Shown here: positions 25,001 to 37,200 of the stretch, piece by piece
Layout: every line of letters starts with the position of its first letter
Numbering within the stretch: the stretch's first letter is position 1
Origin: Tubiluchus corallicola
Taxonomy: Eukaryota; Animalia; Priapulida
Direction: 5' to 3'
DNA length: 64,000 nucleotides
Assembly (NCBI GenBank): GCA_030141605.1
Contig: JAQGDQ010000080.1
Coordinates: forward strand, 641,756 to 705,755
Position numbers and translations under genes: made by a program
The notes under the pieces: generated by a model
The model's input: the letters and a program-made list of their open reading frames with translations, nothing else
Databases searched by the model: none
What the model was told of the DNA's origin: nothing

Positions 25001-27953
25001 CTGATTCTATCTATGCAAAAATGCTTTGCTGAATACATTACGAAATACTTGTAGGGTTACTTTACCAGTGATTTAAACATGTGACAAATCTTTATTCAAC
25101 ACAGAAAAAATTGGGTAGTAACCAAAACCATCAAAAAACGAATTTTCACAAATTTCAGGGTTACGCCTTTTTTTCCACTTAATTAATGCACTGATTCATA
25201 CAAAATTCTATTTTTTGGAACAGTACCTATTTTCCATGAATAGCTATGGCCATATTTGCATAGCCATATACAACTATACAAAAATATGTATCAAACATAT
25301 TTATTGTGAAAAACAAAAATTGCATTTGTGAATGTAAATCGTCAGCTCCTGAAAGTCAACATCCAGGAAAATATAAAACATAACAGCCAAAGGTTCTAGG
25401 TTGGCAATGTATTTTCCATCATTTAGGGCATTGTGAAAACATCTAGGATTAAGACAAAGTTTTCCACATGTCACAAACCATATCATAACACGTCACATCT
25501 ATAGTTCAATACAGTCACTAAATGCTCATTACATTTTTTCATTCTACACACTTTAAAATTTATTTGCTGGCACTTCTTAATTCTGCCATGCACTATACAG
25601 GTGCCTCTTGAATGTGAGAACCGAGTTAGCATACGGTATTACATGTTGGGGGAGGTTATTTAACATGTCCACTACCTTTGGCAAAAGAAGCAGTGTCTTG
25701 GGTTGGTATCTCTTTAACAGCTTTTGTGATAATTAATAGCCAACAGATACACTTTACTTTATTTAGTATCAGTTTTGAATATAATGCACACTAGTCTGTA
25801 AAAACTATTTTCTGATATAAATAATGCCCTACATAAACCCTAAAACAGTACAACATTGTATTTTTTTGCATAGAAAGAGAAAGTAATACCTGTTAGTACA
25901 TAAGATTGTTTGCAGACAATACTAAAATATTCAGTGAAATCAGCTCTATATAAGATGCTGAGGAACTTCAAGCAGATTTGAACAGCCTACAAGAATGGAC
26001 AAGAATTTGGCAAATGAAGTTAAATACAGAAAAGTGCAAAGTAATGCATATAGGCTATCATAATATATACTTGAGCTATGTTATGAATAAAAATGGAGAG
26101 ACATAGAATTAGATAAACAGACAGTGAGAAAGACTTAGGAGTAATAGAGAGAAACATAAAATAAAACATAAAATAGAGCATGCGGAAACTGTTGCTAGCA
26201 AAGGAAATAAAATTGCGAGAATGATGAAATACTCCTTTGATTATATGGATACAGACATGTTTGTTACACTATACACTACTCTAGTTAGACCTATAATGGA
26301 GCTGTAGTATGGCTGCCTTGCTATAAGAAAGACATTAACTCATTAGAGGTACAACGTAGAGCAACTAAAATGATGTATAGCATCCCAAGTCTGGAATAAG
26401 AGGACAGATTACTGAAACTTAAATTACCTAGCTTAGTTTATAGATGGCTTAGAGGTGACATGATTGAAGTTTACAAGCCCATGCATGAGTATTATATGTA
26501 CACACAAATCAATCTGGAAAGGAATGAAGAAGGCAGAACCAAAGGGCATGCAAACAAGCTTAAAGTACAATATAGTAGATTAAACACTAGAAAATGTTTG
26601 TTCACACTGAGAACACCAGGTTTATGGAAAAAACTACCAGAACATGAGGTGGATGCGCCGTCACTAAATACCTTCAAGAGTCGTTTGGACAAACACTTTG
26701 GAGACATAAAATATTCTCGAACTGATTTAAAGGAATACTTTAAAGGGTAGTTATAGCAAAAATCCATATATATACCCTGAGGAACAAAATGTATGTGTAT
26801 ATGTAAAGCATTGGCAAGATCCTCAACAAACAAATAGCCTATGGACGAGGACAGTGACTGGTAACTGGTAAAAAATTGTGCATACTGTGCACGCTATGCC
26901 TGGGGTACATGTGTGAACCTCAGTTAAGTGTGTTTATGGGTGCTATGGCTGTGGCAGAATTCTACGACATGTCTTACGAGAAGACTAAATCATTAGACTT
27001 TAGTAGAATGAGGCACAGATTGTTGGGCGCCGAGTGACCCACTAGCCGAAGTAGGACACTTGGCATACATAGGCTAGCCCAAGTAGGATGCGTCGCACCT
27101 GGGCTGCCCAAGTAGGACACTAGAGACAAGTCGCAAATTGAGTGCGTACTGGCATCATCCACTGTTCTTGTTTATGTAATAATAATAATAATTAAAAACG
27201 TCAATACACGTTGAGTAATTTATTATACGTCTGATAAAATAAAGGAATTTTATTCTGACCTAGAATTAATATTTGCCAATATTAATCTTCTTTGAAGTGA
27301 AATAAGCGCACTTTTAGGCGATTCCAACGTTGCCTAAAGTATATAGTTTTTTATTTTGTCTTGCTTCACAGACAGGCGATCCTTTTCACTCCTTCGTGGA
27401 CAAATAATTGTTTTCTACTAAGTAAACGGGTTAGCGAGTTATGTGACCTACATAGCTTCTCTCTTTAAAGCATTAGATACTTAGTTTAATGTTATGAAGA
27501 TATTAATGGAACTAAAGTAATAATAATGATGATATTGTTGTAAAAATACATTTGTAAATTGTCAAGGACTATCCATCGTTATAATAAAAATACTTTTTTT
27601 CTAAAACAAATTTAGTTTTATGTTTTATTATGTCATAAATCTCGAGTATCTAGAGAAATCGCTAGTGTCCTATTTGGGCTGCCCATGTGCGACACTGCTT
27701 TTCCGCAAATTTAGCAAATGCGTTTTATCGGAAGTGTCCTACTTCGGCTAGTGGGTTACTCGGTTTATCGGAAGTGTCCTACACAGATGACTGCGACGAT
27801 ATGGTTTTTACTTCAAAGTGAAATTCAAAACTACACAACTAATCATTCCTTGTTTACCATCTGGTGAAAATAAAATATACTCACAATGTACTGTCTTCTT
27901 TTTAAGTAATTTATTGCAGAATGTTGTATTTCTTCTTTTCTTATTCTTTTCAT
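10041..27953 (-). CDS. TAF5L: TAF5-like WD40 subunit of the SAGA/PCAF complex, complete, 14 coding exons, 586 aa
   Basis: Exons in transcript order: 27885-27953, 24163-24326, 23038-23156, 21529-21658, 19197-19260, 18839-18893, 16946-17156, 16268-16444, 15952-16058, 15532-15725, 13474-13642, 12994-13116, 12059-12116, 10041-10161. Total 1761 nt with one open frame. N-terminus [22 protein letters not shown] resembles vertebrate TAF5L (MKRVRTEQIQMAVSCYLKRRQY). NTD2 motif [13 protein letters not shown]; WD40 repeats [59 protein letters not shown]. Confidence 0.95.
11030..11875. mobile_element. Old hAT-like non-autonomous element
   Basis: Termini TAGTGAT.../...GCATCACTG; imperfect 8-bp flanks caaccaat/caacttat; subterminal CCGAA/TTCGG motif clusters. 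Confidence 0.45.
13751..14525 (+). repeat. Interspersed repeat, longer copy (related to 54261-54656)
   Basis: Shared blocks GACTGCCCAATCA, TTATGAAAAAT, AGCCTGGTT, ACAACTATTTGATTAACTTTAAA and AACCTCAATRAGATCTT, in the same order and orientation. Confidence 0.75.
17265..17465 (-). mobile_element. tRNA-derived SINE (tRNA-Cys-like head)
   Basis: Minus strand reads GGCCGAGTGGTT (A box), GATTGCAGCC (anticodon-like GCA), GAGTTCGATAC (B box), then a non-tRNA body and an AAATAAA tail. No intact cloverleaf. Confidence 0.55.
20975..21403. mobile_element. Tigger/pogo-type MITE
   Basis: TIRs CAGTGTTCCCTC.../...GAGGGAACACTG flanked by TA on both sides; Tigger-like subterminal CCGCGA motifs. Confidence 0.88.
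23749..24082. mobile_element. hAT-like MITE
   Basis: TIRs CAGGGCTGGATTA / TAATTTGGCCCTG; imperfect 8-bp TSD ctcataag / tttataag. Confidence 0.6.
25905..26872 (+). mobile_element. 5'-truncated, decayed CR1-like LINE (RT C-terminus and 3' end)
   Basis: LFADNTKIF...[11 protein letters not shown]...[67 protein letters not shown], with stops and frameshifts; ends in a short ACTGGTA repeat tail. Confidence 0.9.
27030..27763. mobile_element. Non-autonomous TIR element (32-bp TIRs, subterminal repeats), superfamily unassigned
   Basis: CCGAGTGACCCACTAGCCGAAGTAGGACACTT at 27030 matches its reverse complement ending at 27763 with 1 mismatch; internal repeats of AAGTAGGACAC and GGGCTGCCCA. Confidence 0.8.
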
Positions 27954-28029
27954 CTTTCAAACAATTTTTTTCTAAAATTGAAGGCTGCATGCCTATTACC
28001 TATTATACAAGCTTCCTACACTAGGCAAA

Positions 28030-28145
28030 CTGCGCCAGAGGAACACCATATAGTAACACGTGTACTGTCACCTCGTGACGCGACGTTGAATCTAATTCTA
28101 AGTAAGCCCATAGATTTAAATCCCGCACGTGCGCTAACCTCGCGT
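28030..28145 (-). promoter_or_regulatory. Putative TAF5L proximal promoter (CpG-enriched patch)
   Basis: Local CpG cluster 80-190 nt upstream of the ATG, with CACGTG E-boxes and a CRE-like CGTGACG in otherwise CpG-poor DNA. TSS not determined. Confidence 0.3.
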
Positions 28146-30189
28146 AAATTGTTCATTTCAGTCCAGTACAATCCTTGGATGACTCACGACTGAACCTTTT
28201 TGTATCAATATGAGTATTTAAAACCTGCTGCTCCGCTGAAAAAACAAAGATTGCAAAACCTGTTTCACAACGTTTTTCAATTACTAGGAAACTTTTTCTA
28301 TAGTTCAATATACTGCAAGGAAAAAAATTATGCAAGAGGAAATAATTATTTATAAAAATTTCATATTATTTATAAGCAGTGACTGCGTTTGCGTCTGCTG
28401 ATTCTTTCTCTGCTTTTCACATATGTATGTGTCACGGCCATGCAATTTTTTAAGTAACTTTATTTATTACTATATTTTTACTAGTATTACTGTTACTATT
28501 ACACGTTATACAGTACTGGTAATATAAAACATAATTTCTTTATATTATAATATATAGTTTTATATTACCACATATGATACAAAGTATACACAATAAAGTA
28601 GGGAAGTCCTTCTGCGCAGTAGTTCGCGCAGTTAGTGTCGCCCTAGCAGCTATTCAGTACGGCCTGTTGCTGTCAGGTATGCAACAGCGCAGGCTGTGGG
28701 TACTGTAGCAGATGAATTGATGAGACCATCAAAACCAGCCCGGTTAACAGGCACTCATAAATTGCTCAGCAGTGAGTTGCAAAAACACAAAAAATATCTT
28801 TTTAGATTTCACAAGGATGCAGCCAGGTAATTATAATAAAATGTTAATTACAACACAGTTTTGAAACTTTTGTTACTAGTTAAATATTTTGTACGCTAAG
28901 CAAAGACTGCAAGGCCTACATCTCTCTTTGGCGATTTATAGCAGCTGTTATCTTTTTGAATATTATTTAAAGCAAGCATAAGGCATTAAGAATAATTTGT
29001 AGTTAAAATAAAAATTATTATAATCATATCTCATAAAAATTAATAGGCTTATTTACAAAAGAAGTTAAGAAAGTTGATCAAAAGAAAGAATACCTGGCTC
29101 ATGTAGTATTCGATTTCTGGAGAAATATTTTTTCTAAAAAACATTTCTATTTCACATGTTCTTATCAGGAAATATAACTTGAAGAAATATTAGGCCTGAC
29201 TTTCATGTGTAATACCTTTCATAGAAAAAAATCGATTTTTTCAGAAGAGCAAATAATTTTCCAGAACATAACTTAATCTAAGCATCTGCATGTTTTGTTA
29301 ATTCCAAGTTAAAAAATGTTTAAAAAGCATATAATCATACGTTGGCCTTTGTTATGAGTTGGAGTTAGTTATAAAATTACGTTGAACAAGCAGAGATGCA
29401 TTTACGAATTTACTCCTTTTTTTATTATCAGTGAACAAAAAATAACTGAAGGAAACATCAGAGCTGTCATCCTAAGCAGCCTACATAACTTCCACCTCTA
29501 TAACAACCAACTAACTATGTCAAAACCTAGTTAAAGAATTCAGGCGAGAAGCATAAATTAGAATCTGCACGCGTGTCATAATACCTTATAATATCATGTG
29601 CAGACATTACTTATATTTGGCCTAATTTTTTAAGATTCAGTTGGGCTTACATCAAAATAAATGTTCATTAAATACAGTTTGCTTACGTGTAAAATATGTA
29701 CTTGTATAATGTTCTTTTGTTTTGTTTATTAATTAGACTCTTTAGTATTATTTTAATGCATGTACTTTGCAGCTTGATTCAGTTCCTTATTTGAAAGTTT
29801 GTTTAAATTTCTGTTTGGCTAGCTTGCTTTTCATTTTATTTAGTTTGTTTTTATTATTTTTATTTAGTATTATTGTTATTATTTTGCATGTTTTTCTCAT
29901 ACTGAGTTATGCATGGACGATATGACAGCTTGAATTTGGTCATTTTTTGCACTAATGTTTTTCTTTTGCTAATAGGTACCATTACGACCTTTGTTACTTT
30001 ATTAGTAAGGTATAAATCAATTTAAATGAAATTATTCATTCATCGCAGCCTATATCAAAATCGTAATCACATATTATGTTTTCCTTATGTTTCCTTGCTA
30101 TTTATTACATCATTTACTTTATTACATCAATTTCATTAAGTCAACTACAAAAGCACGCATATCTTTAATAATTTTTTCATTTTCATTTA

Positions 30190-30322
30190 AGTAAGGTGAG
30201 TGTGTTAATGACCGTATGGTCGTACATTCACCTCACACTACTCAAATCATTTTATTTATTGTTTATTTATGTGTACAATATTGTATTTTGATGTGTGAAA
30301 TAAAATTCATAGTTCATAGTTC
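30190..30322 (+). mobile_element. Probable LINE 3'-end remnant
   Basis: Hairpin GTGAGTGT...GACC-GTAT-GGTC...ACATTCAC followed by a T-rich tract, AATAAA and a TTCATAG repeat tail. Confidence 0.4.
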
Positions 30323-30336
30323 CGTCTTTCTTTTAA

Positions 30337-30367
<31 letters not shown>

Positions 30368-30378
30368 TCTTTCTCTCT
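30337..30378. repeat. (CT)n microsatellite
   Basis: Direct reading of the sequence. Confidence 0.9.
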
Positions 30379-31217
30379 AAGAGAGGGAGGGAGAGAAAAA
30401 TCAATAAATCAATGAAAAATGCATTACTTTTTTACATAGCAGGCAGCCCATCACGCAGTCAGCTAGCCTCTTTCCTCAGGAAAAACAATAAAATTTTACT
30501 TACAAGAAGACTGAACAGGCCTATTTGCAAGTACATAATGCTTATTGCTACAATTTTTTTCCTTTTCATGAAATGTTTTTAGTTTTTTTAAACTAATAAT
30601 TGCTTTTAATTGAGATATACTTCTTTTATTAAAAACGCAAAAGTGATTTCGGCTGATCAAAATTGCACGTATGCCAACACTACTGGTGAACTTAATAATA
30701 TTATTATTACAGTCAATGCGGCTCTCCAAATTTTTTACTGATTCGCCGTTTGATGCCGCCAGCATAGCCACTAATCGCAAAAATGAAATACGTAACAATA
30801 GGCGAATTTCGTCACTTACTCTTTATACACTTTGTATGATATGTCCACACTTGCAAAATTAAATATTTCTTCTATTGCTGTCAACAGATCCCCACTTCGT
30901 ATGTGGTTAAAACTGGTTATGTGCTGTTATGGTTATTATCATCGCGGGACAGGTTATATAAGCTCTGTGAACCCTGTGTTTTAAATTAATGTGTAACTTG
31001 TAATATCTCTGATATCATAGTATATTTTGAATAAATTCAACTCACATACTGTGATTTCTTTTGTCTTGAAGGTCTGTTTATAAGTTCTCTCTGCCCAAAT
31101 TCCAATGTCTCGCTACGCGTAACGTTTCAAGTGATGCAAGTGTCTGACAGCTAAACGGCAAAGGTGCTGCACTGCGCAATATTCTTGTTTATAAAATTTC
31201 ATGTTATGCAAACAACA

Positions 31218-34200
31218 ATGGTTGAACAAGAACAAACCCTTACTGGCACTAATGAAGATGCGGAGCCCTTGTTGGGGAAGCCTGACGATGCACTAAAAGG
31301 TACAACCAATGGAAAATCTAAGTAAGCTTAAAGCCAGTGGTACTATTTCATGTTTCCACAATTCATTTTACATGTCAGAGTTAACATCTCTTCATAGAAA
31401 GAGATTAAATTAAAATTCAAAAAAGAGGAATACTTGAATCACAGTTTTCATTTTTGACTTAGACTGTCAGGCTCGGGTTCTTTTTTCTTGCAGGGCAGGG
31501 AATCAAGGAAAAGTTTTGGAGCCACTTGAAAGTGAACTATGTAGCTGTTGTAGAATTAGTACAACAACATTTGCTGTATCCGTGTTCGTTATATGTAAAA
31601 GGTTTAAAACATACAAAATGTAATTTCCTCTTTTCGTTATAATCATACAAAAACGTTATCTACCATAATTAGCACAGTCAAACGGCATTATAACGCCAGG
31701 TCTAGGGCAGCACTGAAAGTAGCGAAGTAGCGTTATAGCAAGTTTGCCAGTAAGGTGAAGTTCATTTTATCTAGATTGTAGAAGTGTAATTTAGTTTCTC
31801 AGTTAATCTTAATATACAGTAAATTCAATTTTTATGTTATTGCACCTGTTACATTACAATTTTTTGTTGCGTTAACATCACAGACGCTGATATACTGCTA
31901 ATAACTTGCAAAACGCAAGGCATTATTAGAGCAACCGCTTGTAAAATGCTGGCAGTTAACCAACTGTTGATAACAGAAATATGCAGCCACCACTTCCGAC
32001 ATGCATATCTCTACTGTACAGTTATGAATTCACCCAACTGAAAGTAACTTAACCCTGAGTAAAGCAGTGAAAGCAGCTTGCATACTAAGGTGCAAATTTA
32101 CATCAGTTTAAAGCTGTAAATTTTCTGAATATTAGGGGCTATAACAATTAAATTATTTTTTGGATCGCTGTTTGTTTTTTTTTCTGTATTGGAGAGAAAT
32201 AGCTGAGTGATCACAGTATGTGCTTGCTTGAGTTGCGATGAAATTAAACAACAGCCTAAATAGTTAGTAAGTACTTTATTAACTACTACCTTGAAAATTT
32301 TTGTATAGTTGGTATAATTTTGGCATCTATTAACGTATGTAAATGTCTATGCTAGTTCAGTGTCTCACCTTAGAGTGAGATTAGAGATTATCTGACCATA
32401 CTCTATCATTTTAAAATAGCAAAATGTACAAATGCCTGGAACTTTATATCAATAAATTCACTTTTAATAATATTTTATATCTATTATAGCATTAATCGAT
32501 TTTAACTCTAATTTACACTATAATACAGCAGCTACAAAATTCGTGTTGCCGTCCATGCTCCTAATAAACTTAAAATTTCTACAAATTATGAAATTCGGGG
32601 ATCAGGGCAAAAGTTGGTGTCATGGGGAGGCTGTCATTTGTACAAGGGGTTTGACGAGGTTTGACTGAATTATTATTATTGTTATTATTATTATTATTAT
32701 TACAATTTTATTCACCTAATAGTTTATATGTTGCTATATCATGATATCAACATTGCTGGAAAAGATCCATGTTACTAATTTCGCAGGCTGGCTCAACATT
32801 ATGATTAAAACAATTAGAAATCTTAATTACTGTAAACGGACAAGGCGAAACCTGTAAGCTTTCTACCAAAGTTTTTTTAAATCCTCACATTTCTGTTCAT
32901 CATATTCACCTGTTGTTTTTCACTTAAAGTTGTCTTCCTGGTTGAAGTGCTGTGGTAGGGTGTGGAAGGTGTGTATCAACTATTATGAATGTAGTGTTTA
33001 AGTTAAAAGATTCTGCTTAAGATTGTAGTTGACAAAGAGTTGAATTTGTAAAAGACATTTAGTATCCACTAGGACTGAAATGGATCGTGGAACTTCACAG
33101 GATGGTTTTCCCAGCACTTGATCAATTTCTTCTGCCAATGTGATGCTCCATTTTGAAGTAGTGATGGAATTTCAGTCATTTCTCACACTCTAAAAATAAA
33201 TTTGCCCTTGTTTCTACATCTAAGTTTGTTAATCTTAGATCCCACTCCATGTAGACTTCTTCAGAATTTTTTCTGTTATCAGTCCTTATATGGCTGTTAT
33301 TGATGCAATATGGCATGATTTGGTCTCCTCTTTTTCTTCTGTAGGGTAGGGTGGTAGATCAATCTCTGCATCCTCTCTTTTTAAACTGATTGTACTGGTT
33401 TGGTAACTTCCTGCTGAACAAATTCAAGCTTATGTATTGCTTGAAATTTTGAGGGATACCAAACTACATCACCATAGTCCAGAATCAGTCTTATAAATGT
33501 TTTGTACAAGATAGCCATCACAATGTCCACGTAGTTGAAAGAGCTCCTTATCATCCATAGTCATTTCGTAGCTCGTTTGGATATATCTTCAATTTGTTCA
33601 TCAAATGTGAGGAAGTAGTCGATTACAATTCATAATTTGTGTTTTGTCACTGCTCTTAATGGAACTGACTGATTCATATTGTAGCACGTTATGTTCGTAT
33701 TAATGTAGGACCTTACTTTTTCCACATTGAAAGACATTTGCCTAGTGCGTGATCTTGTATAAATTATGTCATTTTGCAGTCTACCATAGTATGACTCCAG
33801 TATCTTGTATATTTTTGTGTCGTCTGCAAACATTTTTACTGATGAGTTTAAATTATCTGGTATAGGCCCTAATGCACCTCCCTATGACACTCTGCTCTTG
33901 ACGGGCCACCATGAAGATTTCTTCTAGTTGATTCCAACATATTGTCAGCAGTCTTTAAGTTGCCAGTGATCCCATGTGTAGCAAAATTTAACATAAGTTT
34001 TCTATGTGGAACTATATCATTGAAGGCTTTCTGCAGATCAAAAAATAGAACAGCAACAGAAGAACCATCATTCGGTGCTTCTTGCTGGTCATTTTATGAC
34101 TCCACTAGATTTAAGATGCAAAAATTTCCTTTTACAAATCTGTATCGTGAGACAGTAATCAACTCGTCAGCAACAGAATAGTCCATAATAGTATTTCTAA

Positions 34201-37200
34201 TTACTTTCTCAAGAAGTATTTATATATAATAGATGTCAAGGTTATTGGTCTGTAATTAGTTTTTTAACTCTTAAGTCCCCCTTCCTAAAAAATTGAAGAC
34301 AGTTGAATTTTTCCATGCTACCCCAGTAATTATTTTAAAAAAAATACATACTAATGATGCTGTTACACTTGACATTAGTTTTTATTGCAAAGGAATTAAT
34401 GTAATCAGGTCCCATGGAGGAATCAGCTTCAAGTTCTTTTATCGCTTAGGATACATTCTCTTCAGATATTTCTCAAGAAGTATTTATATATGTATCATGT
34501 ATATATTTATATATGTATCATTTCTTAATCATAGTTTTATCAGTTTTCATTAGATAATGAAATGTAATTAAAAATAATTCATAATTGCCCTTTCAACACA
34601 TATTGAAAGTCCTTTTTCATTTACTTGGTACTGACAGATACAAATTTCTAAACACAGCGTTCTTGTTCTTTGCATTAACAAAACCATCTGCAAATACTAC
34701 TACGGTTAAATAGAAAGTGTTGCAAAATATTGTTCTTCCAGCCATTACAATACCGAATTTTAACCTAGGGTATCAATTCGATAAGATTCAATGTTGTTAA
34801 AAAAACTTTGATAAACTATTTTTTGTTTATGTTCAGAGATTAATTTATCCAGCATCACTTTGCAAAATGAGGTGCATTTTAAACCCTGCTAATGTGATAC
34901 ACTTACTATGTGCATAAAATTAGTATCATTTTTGAATTTAATATTATTTCCTTGAAAAAAATCATTATATTTCCCTGAAATACCGTTTTTTCTGCCGGTT
35001 TGTATCACAATTCAAGCATCTTTTTGACCGACATTGGAAGTGTTATGCCATTTTGCTTATATAGTGTATTAGAGTGAAAAACCTGTCTGATTTTTTCTGG
35101 ACATGTCAAGAAATTAGGCTTGATGTCAAAGAGTCAAATGTGTCTTGAAATCATCAGGAAAAATCAGTATATTTTAGTAACGTATGCAACATTTCGTTTA
35201 AGATTAACTTACTAAAACACGCTGAAATTTGGTTGTTTTAACACTGAGCGTCAATAATGAACATAATTAACCCCTTGGCCATTCTGATTTCCATCTCTTG
35301 TTTGTAAAATTTTATTCAAAAATTCCAATTGAATTTAGTGAAATTGGTGAAACAGAACCTTATAAGCTTTAAACTGGCAACATCATTACAAGAATGACAT
35401 AATAAAAGGTTTGCACTTATGCTTTGCAAACTTAAAGCAATCTAGCGAGAAATTAGTTTTAAAGTTGAAGTTCACAGTGATGATTAACGAAATAAATGAT
35501 TAACCATTAATGTTTAATAATTCCAGGCAGCTTATGTATTAGTTAAATACAACCTGTATCTATGGCATGACTCATTGGTTTGAGGTTTCAACAGAGGAGG
35601 GCAGCAAGTTCAGGTCATCTCACAGTTATAATATGTTTAAACGTTGACTCGTTAAGATGTAGAGATGACGTTATACATGGTATTCTATCTCATACATGTG
35701 TACCAGCCCAGTAAGGTCACTTACTGGTATGAGTGGTACTGCACCCATTCTTTCCAAGAATCACTATAACTATTGACAGTTTAAGCAGATGAACTCCGTA
35801 AATTCTACAGCCAATATTGGCAATTCGATATATCCGGATGTATCGGAATTTTTGGGAAAATTCCAGAAATCGAGTTATCCAGTATCAAATATCATGTATC
35901 ATATAACACTACTGTATAAAGTTTTTCTTTCTTTTGAAATAGCTTTAGACATCTGATTTGCAAATTAGCTAAATGAATAGCTTGAACAAGTGTTTTGTGG
36001 TTCAAATTTAGTTTGGGTGGATGGTTCAGCATAATCCTAAAGACAGTGACAAATAACTCATGAATCTTGTACCCATTACAAGACATATTGCTGATTTATA
36101 AAAAATTAGTTAACCCAATGTTTTCACTGTATTTTGCTCTCATTCTATTGTCATACCTGTGCCTTATTTTTTGCAGTCTATTCGAACAGAAGAAGCAAAG
36201 CACCTACATGTTCTATTATCCCTGCTCGCCATGCATTGGCTTTAATGGCATTTCTAGGATTTTTTAATGTCTATGCACTTCGTGTTAACCTTAGTGTTGC
36301 ACTTGTGGATATGGTTAATGGTTCTAATCATGCAAGCTCACCAAATTTTACCGACGATTGCCCTGATCGTAGTGACAATAGTTCAACTGCTCACCATGTA
36401 AGTTACAAATTTAAACATTGAAGTTTGTATTAATCAACTGCCTGAAATTTTCAGCTGGGGGTTTCATTAACCCATGGCATTTGTAATTTTGTGACTGAGC
36501 ATGCTAAAAGCAATAACTTATTATACCATATTTATTGTGTCTTGAAAAATCTTATTTGAATGTACACATGCAGAATAGTTGTTTTTGTACGATTCAGGAA
36601 GGAGAATTCAACTGGGATAGTAAAACACAGGGTGTTATTCTTGCTTCATTCTTCTATGGCTATATTTTCACTCAGATTCCAGGTGGCAGACTGGCAGAAA
36701 AATTCAGTCCTAAAAGGTTTGTGTTAAATAATAAGTAACTCTGTTTTGCAAAGGCACTTTCTTTACGGAAACATGTTAAAAGTTTTAACCATATGAATTA
36801 ATTGGATTTAGAAAGTTAAACTTTGTTTGATTAAAATAATACTGTTTAGTGCTAAGTTTACTATAAAAGACCACACATATATATATATATATACTATACT
36901 ATCTGAATGAAGTAAGTTTGTTGTGGGCCACCAGTACATTGTTTGGAAAACATGGGTGTGTGGATTGTGGAACAGGTGTTTGAATATTTTTCTTCAAGAT
37001 GTTCTCTTACTGATATAAATGGTTATGATGATTCCTCTTTTCTAAAAAATTGTTTTATGCTACTTTAAAATTTTTGGTAAATTGACAGAAACAAATTTTA
37101 AAATCCATTTCCCTACCTTACTGGTTTCCTCCAAATTGTTGGCTGTATTTCAGATTAATTTTCAATCAAGCAATTTGTAACTTATGAGCTAAACAGTAAA

